A stretch of DNA of 64,000 nt from an uncultured Alphaproteobacteria bacterium (lineage in GTDB: Bacteria; Pseudomonadota; Alphaproteobacteria; RF32; CAG-239). The notes under the pieces are model-generated. The model saw only the letters and a list, made by a program, of their open reading frames with translations, searched no databases and was not told the DNA's origin. The stretch covers positions 1,683-65,682 of the forward strand of contig CALXTP010000020.1 of the NCBI GenBank assembly GCA_944391435.1, written 5' to 3'. How positions within the stretch are numbered: position 1 is the first letter of the stretch; the number at the start of each line of letters is the position of its first letter. Position numbers and translations under genes: made by a program. Positions 27,081 through 36,054 of the stretch are shown here, one piece after another.

Positions 27081-28874
27081 TTATTCGGTTATTTCGTTTA
27101 AGCTGTGCAGGCTCTTTTTAATGTTTTCATCTGTTATCGTTAAGGGTTTTAATCCATTCAAACCGCTTTCTATTTTGTTTTTTATCTGTTTTTTATTGAG
27201 CTCGCCACTGTCTTCTTTTTGCGACAAAGCCTGTTTCCACTGAAAAACGGCCTCATTCTTTCTGCCACCGCACCAGTATGCATCGCCAAGATGATCGCTT
27301 ATTACGGCATTTTGAGGATTCAGTTCCGACGCTTTTTCCAGATACATAATAGCATTGTTGTAGTCGCCCGTTTTAAAATATACCCAGCCGAGGCTATCTA
27401 TAATAACCCCGTCTTCCGGATCTTTTTCGTATGCTTCCAGAATCATGGAAGCGGCCATATCCGTATTTATATTATATTTTAGCCAGCTATATCCCAGGTA
27501 ATTCAACACCTGCGGGTGCCTGTTGCTTAGTTTGAGGGCTTTTTTCAAATTTTCTTCCGCTTTGAGCCATTCGTTATTTTTATCATACGAAACGGCTAAA
27601 GCATAAAAGACCGGCCAATACTTATTGCTTTCATAGAATATAGAATCAACGGCTTTTGTGTAATATTTTATAGCCGACGGCTGGTCATTGCTTATGCGCA
27701 AAATATCACCCAAATTAAACAATACTTGAAAATTATCCGGGTCTTTTCGTAAAATTTTTTTCAAAATGCGGGTTGCTTTATCATATTTCTTTTCTGCCGC
27801 CAAATTGTTTGCCATTTTAATTTGTGCCGGATAATAAAGCTCTGAATCTTTGCCGATGGCATCATAATACCTGTTTGCATCGGCCAGCATATATCTTTCT
27901 TCATAAATATCCGCCATGGCTATTTTAGCCACATCATTATCAGAATTAAAATATTGTGAAATGGCCATATATATTTGGGCATAGTCATACCCCATCGGGA
28001 CAGATTTAAACAGCAAGCCGATTTCCAAAAAGACTTCGCCCATTCCGTCATCGGCAGAACTTATCAATTTCGGTGTGTTTTTACTTCCTTTCTCAACTTT
28101 CTTTTTCAAACTGGCCAACATTTCTTTTATATTGCTGGTTCCATAATACTTTGCTATCAAATCCAGGGCCTGCTCTTTATTTCCGTTTCTGGCCATAAAA
28201 TTTGTTATTATCTGAAGTGCCCGGAAAGACATATCGTTTGCTTTGTCATTTATGATATAGCCGTACTTTTCTTTTGCTTTTTCCGTATCGTTAAAATAAT
28301 CGGCAATCATTCCTCCATGCAGACTGTAAACCGTTTGCATTTCTTCTATTTTTTCAAGTTTCTGCAATTCTTTTTGCGCTTGGGCATAATTATTCTCACC
28401 TACATAAGCCCAGGCATTAAATAGCGGGGTTATCAGCTGCTGATAAGTTTTTTCATGAATGTCATTCAGTTCTGCACGGGCAAATTTGTAATTTCCGTGT
28501 TTAAAAGCATGAACAGCATTTATTACATCAATAAAATTGTTTTTATCACCTTTTTGGCGTGCCATATTGGCATATTTTACGGCTTTTTCTATTTTTCCCT
28601 GCGAAGCAAGAATGATATATGCTTTTCCAAGAAGATCTTCATTATCAAGCCCCTTTTCTATGCTTTTCATATAAAAGCGGGAAGCATTGTCATAATCTTG
28701 ACGCAGATGAGCCACCCGCCCTGCCAAATAATTGCCGTATGCCGTATCAACTCTTTGCAGATAAACAGCTTGCTGTCTGTATTCCGGAAAATTTATAAAA
28801 TTGCCGGTACAGGAATTAAATATGCCTATTCCGCTTAATAACGTAATGATATAGCTCGCTTTTAACATTGACAT
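27081..28874 (-). CDS. TPR-repeat lipoprotein, 597 aa
   Basis: N-terminal signal with lipobox-like IFNSC. Many tandem TPR units (for example YNNAIMYLEKASELNPQNAVISDHLGDAYW). Confidence 0.75.
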   Translation of the reverse strand: MSMLKASYIITLLSGIGIFNSCTGNFINFPEYRQQAVYLQRVDTAYGNYLAGRVAHLRQDYDNASRFYMKSIEKGLDNEDLLGKAYIILASQGKIEKAVKYANMARQKGDKNNFIDVINAVHAFKHGNYKFARAELNDIHEKTYQQLITPLFNAWAYVGENNYAQAQKELQKLEKIEEMQTVYSLHGGMIADYFNDTEKAKEKYGYIINDKANDMSFRALQIITNFMARNGNKEQALDLIAKYYGTSNIKEMLASLKKKVEKGSKNTPKLISSADDGMGEVFLEIGLLFKSVPMGYDYAQIYMAISQYFNSDNDVAKIAMADIYEERYMLADANRYYDAIGKDSELYYPAQIKMANNLAAEKKYDKATRILKKILRKDPDNFQVLFNLGDILRISNDQPSAIKYYTKAVDSIFYESNKYWPVFYALAVSYDKNNEWLKAEENLKKALKLSNRHPQVLNYLGYSWLKYNINTDMAASMILEAYEKDPEDGVIIDSLGWVYFKTGDYNNAIMYLEKASELNPQNAVISDHLGDAYWCGGRKNEAVFQWKQALSQKEDSGELNKKQIKNKIESGLNGLKPLTITDENIKKSLHSLNEITE

Positions 28875-28999
28875 GATTTTCCCGCTAATTTTTGTTATAT
28901 ATTATCAGATATTCCTTAACTTTAAACCAAATTTATTATATTTGTGTAAATAATTGCTGTCTATTGCAATAAAAAGTACACTATAGTATAAGTTTTGTC

Positions 29000-29857
29000 A
29001 TGACAACTACACTAAAGGAAATACAGGAAACGCTGGATTGGTATATATTTGCCGGCGTTCAGGAAACTTGCGGAGACAATGTTTGTTTATCCCAACCTTT
29101 GCCTATGCCTTTTTCTGACAAGACACCTGCCCTTTCCCCTGTTTCCCAAAGCGCTTTACGTTTTTCTAACCAAGCAGGCGAAGTGCCTTTGACCATTGCC
29201 AGCAACCGTGTTTCTGATTTGCAAGGAATAACTGCAGCCGATCACAGCGCTTCCGTCAAAAATGCCAAAGATATTTGCGGACAAGCTCAAAATTTAGATG
29301 AGCTCAAAGAGTTGATGCTAAAATTTGACGGTTGCAACTTAAAAAACACTGCCGCATCAACTGTTTTCGGCGATGGGAATCCGCACGCCCGCTTAATGCT
29401 TATAGGCGAAGCTCCCGGTGCCGATGAAGATAGAATCGGTAAACCGTTTGTCGGAAGGTGCGGCAAACTTTTGGATAAAATGTTCTCAGCCATCCAAATC
29501 AGCCGTTCAGACTGTTATATAACAAACGTTTTACCTTGGAGACCTCCCGGGAACAGAACACCGACAGATGAGGAAAAAGCTGTTTGCCTGCCTTTTTTGC
29601 AAAGACAAATAGAATTGATTTTGCCAGATTATATTCTTTTATTAGGCGGAATTGCCCTCAATTCCGTAATGAATACGCCGGATTCAATTTCCAGGACACG
29701 CGGAAAGTGGCTGGTTTATTCTGCAAATCAAAAAGAAATTCAGGTTTTGGCAACTTATCACCCCTCTTATTTGTTGCGTACACCCGCAAAAAAAGCAAAC
29801 GTTTGGGCTGATTTGTTGCGGTTAAAAGTTAAAATGAAGGAGAATTTGGTATTGTGA
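29000..29857 (+). CDS. Uracil-DNA glycosylase, family 4, with ~110-aa N-terminal extension
   Basis: Motifs GEAPGADEDRIGKPFVGRCGKLLD and HPSYLLR. Confidence 0.85.
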   Translation: MTTTLKEIQETLDWYIFAGVQETCGDNVCLSQPLPMPFSDKTPALSPVSQSALRFSNQAGEVPLTIASNRVSDLQGITAADHSASVKNAKDICGQAQNLDELKELMLKFDGCNLKNTAASTVFGDGNPHARLMLIGEAPGADEDRIGKPFVGRCGKLLDKMFSAIQISRSDCYITNVLPWRPPGNRTPTDEEKAVCLPFLQRQIELILPDYILLLGGIALNSVMNTPDSISRTRGKWLVYSANQKEIQVLATYHPSYLLRTPAKKANVWADLLRLKVKMKENLVL

Positions 29858-29987
29858 AAACCGGCATGGCCCTTTATCGGATATTTCTTCTTTAATGTGG
29901 CTTTGCATGTTTTTTTTGCTCAATTAATAAAAATTAAACATTCTATTGATATGGTACAATTACCTTTAAGAGTTTATGAGGTTCAAG

Positions 29988-30758
29988 ATGAAAAAGATTA
30001 AAAAATTTATGGCTGTTTTATTAGGCGCTTTAATATCCCTCTCCGGAACGGGAGCCATAGCTGCTACGCCGGCACAGCCACAGAATAACAAGACTCCGCA
30101 GCAAAAAGACGACAACGCCACAACGCGTCCGGATGCTGTTATTTTCAAAATTCACGATATTGATCCCGTTTTAGAAAATGGCGTTGTTAAAGGGTGCAAT
30201 TATACTATTACCCTTTATAACCGCACTTCCATAAACTTCAGAACGTTTACAATCAACTTGTCTTGGCCCGACGCCGTTGATGAACGTTTTAAATTTGACC
30301 GTTATGTAGAATCCATTCTCGGCGTGGAAGAAGCCGAAAAACAATATGACTTATTCGGAAAAGAAGAAGCATCAAAACCGGCTCAAACATCTGTTACCGT
30401 TAATGCCTTTGGTGCGGATAAACAAATATCTATGCGCTCTTATATGGATAATGAAAAATGTTATCTTATGCTGACGGACGCACAGTATAGCGTTTCGCCT
30501 TGCGACATTGCGCGTAATATGGATACTATCGGCAGTTTCGGTTTGAGCGCAGAGCAGAACGTGTGTACCAATTTATTTCAGTTTGTCAGCCCCAAAAACC
30601 CTGAATATTTCGGTGAATTTAAAAAGATTTCCGCAACAGAAGAAGCCAGGCAAAGCGAATCTGCAGAAAGCCGTGAATTATCCGACATTGATGTCATAAT
30701 TAACAAAATTGTTGAAAATCTCGGCACCTCAGACAAGACACTGACAAATATTTATTAG
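29988..30758 (+). CDS. Secreted hypothetical protein (Cys-motif family, paralogue A)
   Basis: Start taken at ATG 29988 (GAGG upstream; track 29976). Signal peptide MKKIKKFMAVLLGALISLSGTGAIA-AT. Shares Cys-containing motifs with the next gene. Confidence 0.65.
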   Translation: MKKIKKFMAVLLGALISLSGTGAIAATPAQPQNNKTPQQKDDNATTRPDAVIFKIHDIDPVLENGVVKGCNYTITLYNRTSINFRTFTINLSWPDAVDERFKFDRYVESILGVEEAEKQYDLFGKEEASKPAQTSVTVNAFGADKQISMRSYMDNEKCYLMLTDAQYSVSPCDIARNMDTIGSFGLSAEQNVCTNLFQFVSPKNPEYFGEFKKISATEEARQSESAESRELSDIDVIINKIVENLGTSDKTLTNIY

Positions 30759-30775
30759 AATATCGGAGATATAGA

Positions 30776-31438
30776 ATGTGGTGCCGCATTTTTATTTGCT
30801 ATTTATTTTCAGCTTTATATTTTGTTGCGCCCACTTATGCACAAATTTTGGATGAAGAGCCTCTAAATAATGTGCCTCAGCCGGTTTTACCCAGCACAGA
30901 ATCCAATGAATTGTCCGTTGATGAAACCGAAGCCTTGTTTAATGAAATGTTTCAGGAACATTCTGAAGAAGACAGAAACCCTGAAAAAAGCGGCACATTT
31001 GAAAATTATGTTAATGAAGCGGCACAAGCAGCACTAAAAGCAGGCGCGCTGTCTGCTGCAACTTCCGAATCTTCTGTTTTACCGTTAACCGGAGATATGT
31101 TTATCGGTGTTTCCAAAGGAAGCTTTAAGATTTTTCAAAATGCCAGAGGACAAACGATGTGTTCTTTTACCGTTACGCTAAAATCCAATCTTGACCGTGA
31201 TTTGAATGCCATGGGGGTAAGGCTGGTTTATCCTAAGCGCTCTTTTGCCTTTGTTTTTAGAAAAGTTGCCGCTAACGATGCCCAGGAGCGCTATATCACG
31301 ACAAACGGCGACATATGCTATGATTTGACAGGCGTCCCCGATATTGAAGTTAACCTATGCCGTATCCGCAGAGCAATGGATAATGAATGTGCCAAACGCC
31401 TAAAATGGTCTGATGATATAGAAATGCCCAAAGAATAA
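30776..31438 (+). CDS. Secreted hypothetical protein (Cys-motif family, paralogue B)
   Basis: GGAG RBS. Signal peptide ending APTYA-QI. Motifs C-S-F-T-V-T-L and C-Y-D-L-T...C-R-I-R-R-A-M-D parallel the upstream gene. Confidence 0.65.
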   Translation: MWCRIFICYLFSALYFVAPTYAQILDEEPLNNVPQPVLPSTESNELSVDETEALFNEMFQEHSEEDRNPEKSGTFENYVNEAAQAALKAGALSAATSESSVLPLTGDMFIGVSKGSFKIFQNARGQTMCSFTVTLKSNLDRDLNAMGVRLVYPKRSFAFVFRKVAANDAQERYITTNGDICYDLTGVPDIEVNLCRIRRAMDNECAKRLKWSDDIEMPKE

Positions 31439-31518
31439 AGCGGCAGTTATTAAATAGTTCTTGCATTCGCATTAAAAATATGGCATAATTTTGTCTAGAA
31501 ACAAAATTATTTAGATAT

Positions 31519-31842
31519 ATGAAAACATTCATTTTCTCGTTTATTTGGGCTGGCATTTGCGCCCTTTTGAGCGTATGGCTTTTACTATATGTAGACGCCA
31601 AATTAAATTTTACGGAAGACTACTTCTTCCCCTGGATTATAGATACGATTCACGGCTGGGGGTGGTCAGTGCGCAAAATTACTTTCTTTGCGCTGTATCT
31701 GGTCTATATGATAACCGGATTGCATAAGCTGTTTGGCAACGGCATTTTAGCCCTTATAGGTGTTGTTGCTCTTGCCATTATTGCAATCTTGGTAATCGCC
31801 GGCGGATATTGGTTTGTATCATGGCTGGTTACTTTGATTTAA
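31519..31842 (+). CDS. Small polytopic membrane protein, 107 aa
   Basis: ORF track. Three to four hydrophobic helices (FIWAGICALLSVWLLLYV; ITFFALYLVYMITGL; GILALIGVVALAIIAILVIAGGYWFVSWLV). Followed by a terminator hairpin. Confidence 0.55.
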   Translation: MKTFIFSFIWAGICALLSVWLLLYVDAKLNFTEDYFFPWIIDTIHGWGWSVRKITFFALYLVYMITGLHKLFGNGILALIGVVALAIIAILVIAGGYWFVSWLVTLI

Positions 31843-31848
31843 TAAAAG

Positions 31849-31890
31849 GAGTTGTTTTTGAGTTTGTTTCTCAGGAACAACTCTTTTTTT
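31849..31890 (+). terminator. Candidate rho-independent terminator
   Basis: Stem gagttgtt (31849-31856) / aacaactc (31876-31883), 19-nt loop, then T7 (31884-31890). Confidence 0.55.
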
Positions 31891-31951
31891 GTTTGATTAG
31901 TTGATTTTTTACATTTATATGTTAAAGCAAAACTTAAGTATTTAACTTTTA

Positions 31952-32701
31952 ATGATGAGGAACAATATGGATACAGGGGTTGTTACCGAAACTGTGAACC
32001 AGCTTTCCATGTGGGATTTGGTTTGGTCGTCAGATATGGTTACAAAAGCGGTCATGATTGGCCTTATTGCCGCGTCAGTCTGGTCGTGGGCCATTATTTT
32101 TGAAAAATTTAATACTTTACGCCAGGTTAAACGTATGTCAAAACAATTTGAAGAGCGCTTTTGGTCCGGCGGTTCTCTTGACAAATTATATGATTCTATC
32201 GGTAATCCACAAGACCCGATGTCCGCAATGTTTGTGGCGGCAATGAGAGAATGGCGGCGCACCAATATCATGAAATCTAAAACCGACCGGGGCTTGCGCG
32301 GCGTATCATTGCAACAACGAATTGAAAAAGCCATGATGGTGTCAATGGACAAGGATTTAGATGAATTTGACAATCACCTCGGCTTTTTGGCTTCTACCGG
32401 TTCAGTTGCACCATTAGTAGGCCTGTTCGGAACGGTTTGGGGTATTATTTCTTGCTTTAATGCTATTGCCGTCACACAAAGCAATTCTCTGACATCTATT
32501 GCCCCCGGTATTGCCGAAGCCTTATTTACTACCGCTTTCGGTTTAATTGCAGCGATTCCGGCTTATATTGCCTATAATATGATTACTACGGAAATTGACC
32601 GCTATGCTAAAAAATTGGAGAATTTTATGGCAGAATTTTCCAGCATTTTATCGCGGGAACTTGATGATTCAACCTTAAAAGCCGAGATGGCCGGAGAATA
32701 A
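31952..32701 (+). CDS. tolQ: Tol-Pal system protein TolQ (MotA/TolQ/ExbB channel family)
   Basis: Three-TM layout. Conserved SIAPGIAEALFTTAFGLIAAIPAYIAYN. Followed by tolR and a tolA-like gene. Confidence 0.9.
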   Translation: MMRNNMDTGVVTETVNQLSMWDLVWSSDMVTKAVMIGLIAASVWSWAIIFEKFNTLRQVKRMSKQFEERFWSGGSLDKLYDSIGNPQDPMSAMFVAAMREWRRTNIMKSKTDRGLRGVSLQQRIEKAMMVSMDKDLDEFDNHLGFLASTGSVAPLVGLFGTVWGIISCFNAIAVTQSNSLTSIAPGIAEALFTTAFGLIAAIPAYIAYNMITTEIDRYAKKLENFMAEFSSILSRELDDSTLKAEMAGE

Positions 32702-32706
32702 ACCTT

Positions 32707-33129
32707 ATGATAAACGGAAGAACACAGCGGCGCGGAAATCGCCGCAACGCGGATATCAATATGACGAATCTGATGGATGTTATGATGGTTTTGCTGGTGG
32801 TTTTTATGGTGGCCGCCCCGTTAATGACATCGGGCATTCAACTTAATTTGCCCAAAGTTGGCGGCGGAACGCTTGATGGCAAAGAAACATCAATTAACAT
32901 AAGTGTTGATAAAGACGGTTTTTATTATATCGGCCAGAGTCGGATTGAACCGGATGCAGTTGTTGACAAGATAAAAGCAATCAAAGGCGAAAATCAAGAT
33001 ATTACCATTACGATTTCCGGAGATGAAACATCTTCTTACGGCAGTGTCATCGGTTTGATGGCCTTGCTTAAAGATGCCGGTTTCAGCAAGGTTGGCTTAA
33101 AAACAGAAGCAAGAAAAGATAAAAAATAG
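32707..33129 (+). CDS. tolR: Tol-Pal system protein TolR (ExbD/TolR family)
   Basis: INMTNLMDVMMVLLVVFMVAAP anchor containing the conserved Asp, plus a periplasmic ExbD-like domain. Confidence 0.85.
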   Translation: MINGRTQRRGNRRNADINMTNLMDVMMVLLVVFMVAAPLMTSGIQLNLPKVGGGTLDGKETSINISVDKDGFYYIGQSRIEPDAVVDKIKAIKGENQDITITISGDETSSYGSVIGLMALLKDAGFSKVGLKTEARKDKK

Positions 33130-33143
33130 AAAGTTTTTTATTT

Positions 33144-34175
33144 ATGCAAAAAGGTTACGTTTATAAATCGGTCGCTTTACATATCGCAGTTGCGATGTTG
33201 TGTATTTTTGACGTACCTTTTTTGAAACATAAACGGACTTTTGATGAAAAACCGCCAATTATGGTTGATTTAGCCAATATTAAAATTGCCGATAAAACAA
33301 ATTTACCCGAAAAGGCCGTTGTCGGAAAAGAGAAGAAGCCGGCTACCCGAAAGGCTCAACCCAAAGAGACTGCTTCGGCAAAAAAACAAGAGCTGCCACC
33401 GCCTACCCCTATTCAAAAACCTAAAAAAACACCTGAACCGCAACCGACACCTGAGCCCAAACCGGAAAACCAGCCACAGAAAATAAAGTCGCCTTCTTTA
33501 ATAGAAGAGGCGCCGAGGCCCGAGGAATCCAAAGAACAACCCAGAAAGGAATCAGAAAAACCGGCTAAAAAGAAACCGGCACCCATTCCGGCCAAAAAAC
33601 CTAAAATTAAGCCGATTGCCAAGCTCGCAGCCAAACAACCTAACACTGCAAAACAAGCGGCTACAAAGAAAGACAACCGCGCAACAAAGAGGACAGCAAA
33701 CCCGTTACAAAGCTTGATGGATTCTGTTGACAATATACAGCAGCAGATTGGCGAGGAAAATGCTCCGGCGCAGATTTCCGCTGAAGACCCCGTTAACAAT
33801 CTCGGTATTGAGGGAGGTAACAGCCAAGGCTCTTATTTTAGCGAACTGTCTATATCCGGCATTGATTTTGTTAAAACAAAAATTCAAGAATCGTGGCAAA
33901 CCGTTGTCGGCGGCAAAGATGACCGTAATATAGAGGTTGTTATCAATGTCAAACTTTCCAAAGAAGGAAAAATTATATCTGTTAATATTGAAGATGTCGG
34001 GCGCTATTCCAGAGACGTATATTTTCAAGCTTTGGCAGACAGTGCCGAACGAGCAATCCATCGTGCACAAACGGAATTTGATGTTTTTGGCGTTTTATCC
34101 AGACAGAGTGGTTCTGCGTATAACGAATGGAAAGAAATACGATTTACTTTTACGCCGTTAGGGCTTGCCAAATAA
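33144..34175 (+). CDS. tolA: TolA-like protein
   Basis: N-terminal anchor VALHIAVAMLCIF, a ~170-aa P/K/E/A-rich spacer, and a C-terminal TolA/TonB-like domain (IQESWQTVVGGKDDRNIEVVINVKLSKEGKIISVNIE). Position after tolQR. Confidence 0.65.
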   Translation: MQKGYVYKSVALHIAVAMLCIFDVPFLKHKRTFDEKPPIMVDLANIKIADKTNLPEKAVVGKEKKPATRKAQPKETASAKKQELPPPTPIQKPKKTPEPQPTPEPKPENQPQKIKSPSLIEEAPRPEESKEQPRKESEKPAKKKPAPIPAKKPKIKPIAKLAAKQPNTAKQAATKKDNRATKRTANPLQSLMDSVDNIQQQIGEENAPAQISAEDPVNNLGIEGGNSQGSYFSELSISGIDFVKTKIQESWQTVVGGKDDRNIEVVINVKLSKEGKIISVNIEDVGRYSRDVYFQALADSAERAIHRAQTEFDVFGVLSRQSGSAYNEWKEIRFTFTPLGLAK

Positions 34176-34178
34176 AGG

Positions 34179-34787
34179 TTAGGTGTTTAGCCGATATCCG
34201 TTGTTTTCCGTTATAATCAATTGGCTTTTGCCGTTTTCTTCTACTTTTTGACGCAGACGGTATATATGCGTTTCAACCGTGTGTGTTGTTGCTTCCGCAC
34301 TATATCCCCAAACATTTTCCAACAACTCTTCTTTGGACACGTTTTGAGCCTGGTTTTGATACAGGTATTTCAAGATATCAACTTCCTTTTCGGTTAATTT
34401 TGTTTTTTTTTCGGTGGCTGAGGATATTATTTCTTTTTGAACGGGAAACAAAATATATTCGTTAATGTTTACACACTCTTTGCGGCGTACCTTCGGCAGA
34501 ATTTTTTTGTTTTCCAGCGCCCATAAAAATTTTGACAATGTAAACGGCTTTTTTATAACGACATCGGCAAATTCTGACGTATCTTCTTTTGAAGAAAATA
34601 GAATTACCGGCTTTTTGATATTATCCTGCAGCTTTTGCAAATCGGCAAAACTTTCATCCGCCAAAATTAAATCTGCCATTTCCGGATGGGCATCAATTAT
34701 TTCCGTTTCCGGAATTTCTTGTAGTATTTGTTCTGATAAATCTTTCAAAAAAAGCTCATCCGTTGCGGCTATATATATTTTATTCAT
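34179..34787 (-). CDS. OmpR/PhoB-type winged-helix response regulator, short receiver, orphan
   Basis: C-terminal wHTH (LTEKEVDILKYLYQNQAQNVSKEELLENVWGY...THTVETHIYRLRQKVE...GYRL). Receiver-like N-half with candidate acceptor Asp in DLILAD and KP in VIKKPF. ATGA overlap with the porin stop. No histidine kinase in the window. Confidence 0.75.
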   Translation of the reverse strand: MNKIYIAATDELFLKDLSEQILQEIPETEIIDAHPEMADLILADESFADLQKLQDNIKKPVILFSSKEDTSEFADVVIKKPFTLSKFLWALENKKILPKVRRKECVNINEYILFPVQKEIISSATEKKTKLTEKEVDILKYLYQNQAQNVSKEELLENVWGYSAEATTHTVETHIYRLRQKVEENGKSQLIITENNGYRLNT

Positions 34788-35881
34788 AGTTCAAGCTCCA
34801 AACCGAAAATGAAGGCATAACCTTTGCTATCCTCTTCCATATGGGAATCCGCCCCTTCTGCTTTTAAGCGTGCGGCCGTAAAAGAGAAAGTTGTATATTT
34901 ATTATATTGCCAACTATTTGAAAAGCTGACAATTTTATCTCTGCTGCCGACATCTGCTTTTGAATCAAAATAAGCTATTCCTGTTGTAAACGGCCCGATG
35001 GCATAGCTCAAACCTATATTGTATGCCCGACCTTCACGATAGGCATCATAAAAACTTTTTTTGTTTATGGCATAATCATTACCATAGGCTTCTGTTTTCC
35101 GATAAGATGTGCCCAATGTCCACCCTTTGCGGTATAAACTTATGCCGGCAGAATATTCTTTATCATTTTTATCATAATCGGCAAACCCCAAAGATGTTTC
35201 CAATTCATAGCCGGATAAATACCAATAACCATACGCGCCCAAAACATAGGCACTTTTATCTTTATATGGTGCATCTTTAGCTACCAAGCCAGCTTGGCTA
35301 TATGTTTCCGGAATAAATGTAGCGCCTAACTTTATACCTTTCCACGCGGGAGTTATATAGTTTATTTTTGGAGACGCCCCGTCTGTGTTGATATAGGTGG
35401 AATTTAATGTCTTATAAGACATTTTACTGCCTTTTTTGTACCAGTTCGGATTGATTATGAAATTGGCAATATCCGTATTGTTTATACGAAATTTCCCTAT
35501 GTTCGGAGCGCCTACGGCAAATTTATAAGCGACATTGTAATCCTGCCCGACAGAAAATTCACCTGCCGGCGTTTCTATGGCCGAGTAAATTTCTTCACCC
35601 CATATTCCCTGATTGTAATTTTCTATTTCTTTGGCTGTATCAACCATTAGATAACCGACCAGCGATGCGGCATAGTCTTTATTAAATTCGTATGTTATGC
35701 GCCCATAAGCATTAAACGAAGAATTCAGATTATTTTGTTTATACATTTTATTATATGGCTTGGAATAATCCGTATATCCGTAATAGCTGTTTATATCCAG
35801 CCCGTAATCAACCTCAAATGTTCCCGCCCTTACCGGAGAAGCAATAGTCGCAAAGCTCAATAAAAACAGGATTTTCTTCAT
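34784..35881 (-). CDS. Putative outer-membrane porin (beta-barrel), 365 aa
   Basis: Signal peptide MKKILFLLSFATIASPVRA-GT. G/Y/S/N-rich alternating strands (GISLYRKGWTLGTSYRKTEAYG; YNIGLSYAIGPFTTGIAYF). Family not assignable by eye; the C-terminus LELEL is atypical (no terminal Phe). Confidence 0.6.
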   Translation of the reverse strand: MKKILFLLSFATIASPVRAGTFEVDYGLDINSYYGYTDYSKPYNKMYKQNNLNSSFNAYGRITYEFNKDYAASLVGYLMVDTAKEIENYNQGIWGEEIYSAIETPAGEFSVGQDYNVAYKFAVGAPNIGKFRINNTDIANFIINPNWYKKGSKMSYKTLNSTYINTDGASPKINYITPAWKGIKLGATFIPETYSQAGLVAKDAPYKDKSAYVLGAYGYWYLSGYELETSLGFADYDKNDKEYSAGISLYRKGWTLGTSYRKTEAYGNDYAINKKSFYDAYREGRAYNIGLSYAIGPFTTGIAYFDSKADVGSRDKIVSFSNSWQYNKYTTFSFTAARLKAEGADSHMEEDSKGYAFIFGLELEL

Positions 35882-35982
35882 TTGCCTATCCTAAAAATAA
35901 AAAACTATTCGTGATGAATATAGACCTATCTTTTTGTCTTAACAAGCCTTATATTGTTTATAACCTAAAAAAATCTGGATAA

Positions 35983-36013
35983 ATATAATACTTTTTGTTT
36001 TAAAGTATTATAT
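35983..36013. promoter_or_regulatory. 12-bp perfect inverted repeat in the porin/gpmI divergent intergenic region
   Basis: atataatacttt (35983-35994), 7-nt spacer ttgtttt, aaagtattatat (36002-36013). A TATAAT lies at 36025-36030, just downstream. Confidence 0.3.
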
Positions 36014-36054
36014 ATTTTTGAGCGTATAATAAAATTTAGATGGAGAAAATAATC

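Noticed and set aside
28960-28985. ATTGC-N8-GCAAT inverted repeat upstream of the UDG gene, considered as an SOS/LexA-type operator. I also looked upstream of recN for GTTC-N7-GTTC.
   Set aside because: The arms are only 5 bp and do not match alphaproteobacterial LexA boxes. No such box is visible before recN, which is in any case only 7 nt downstream of bamD.
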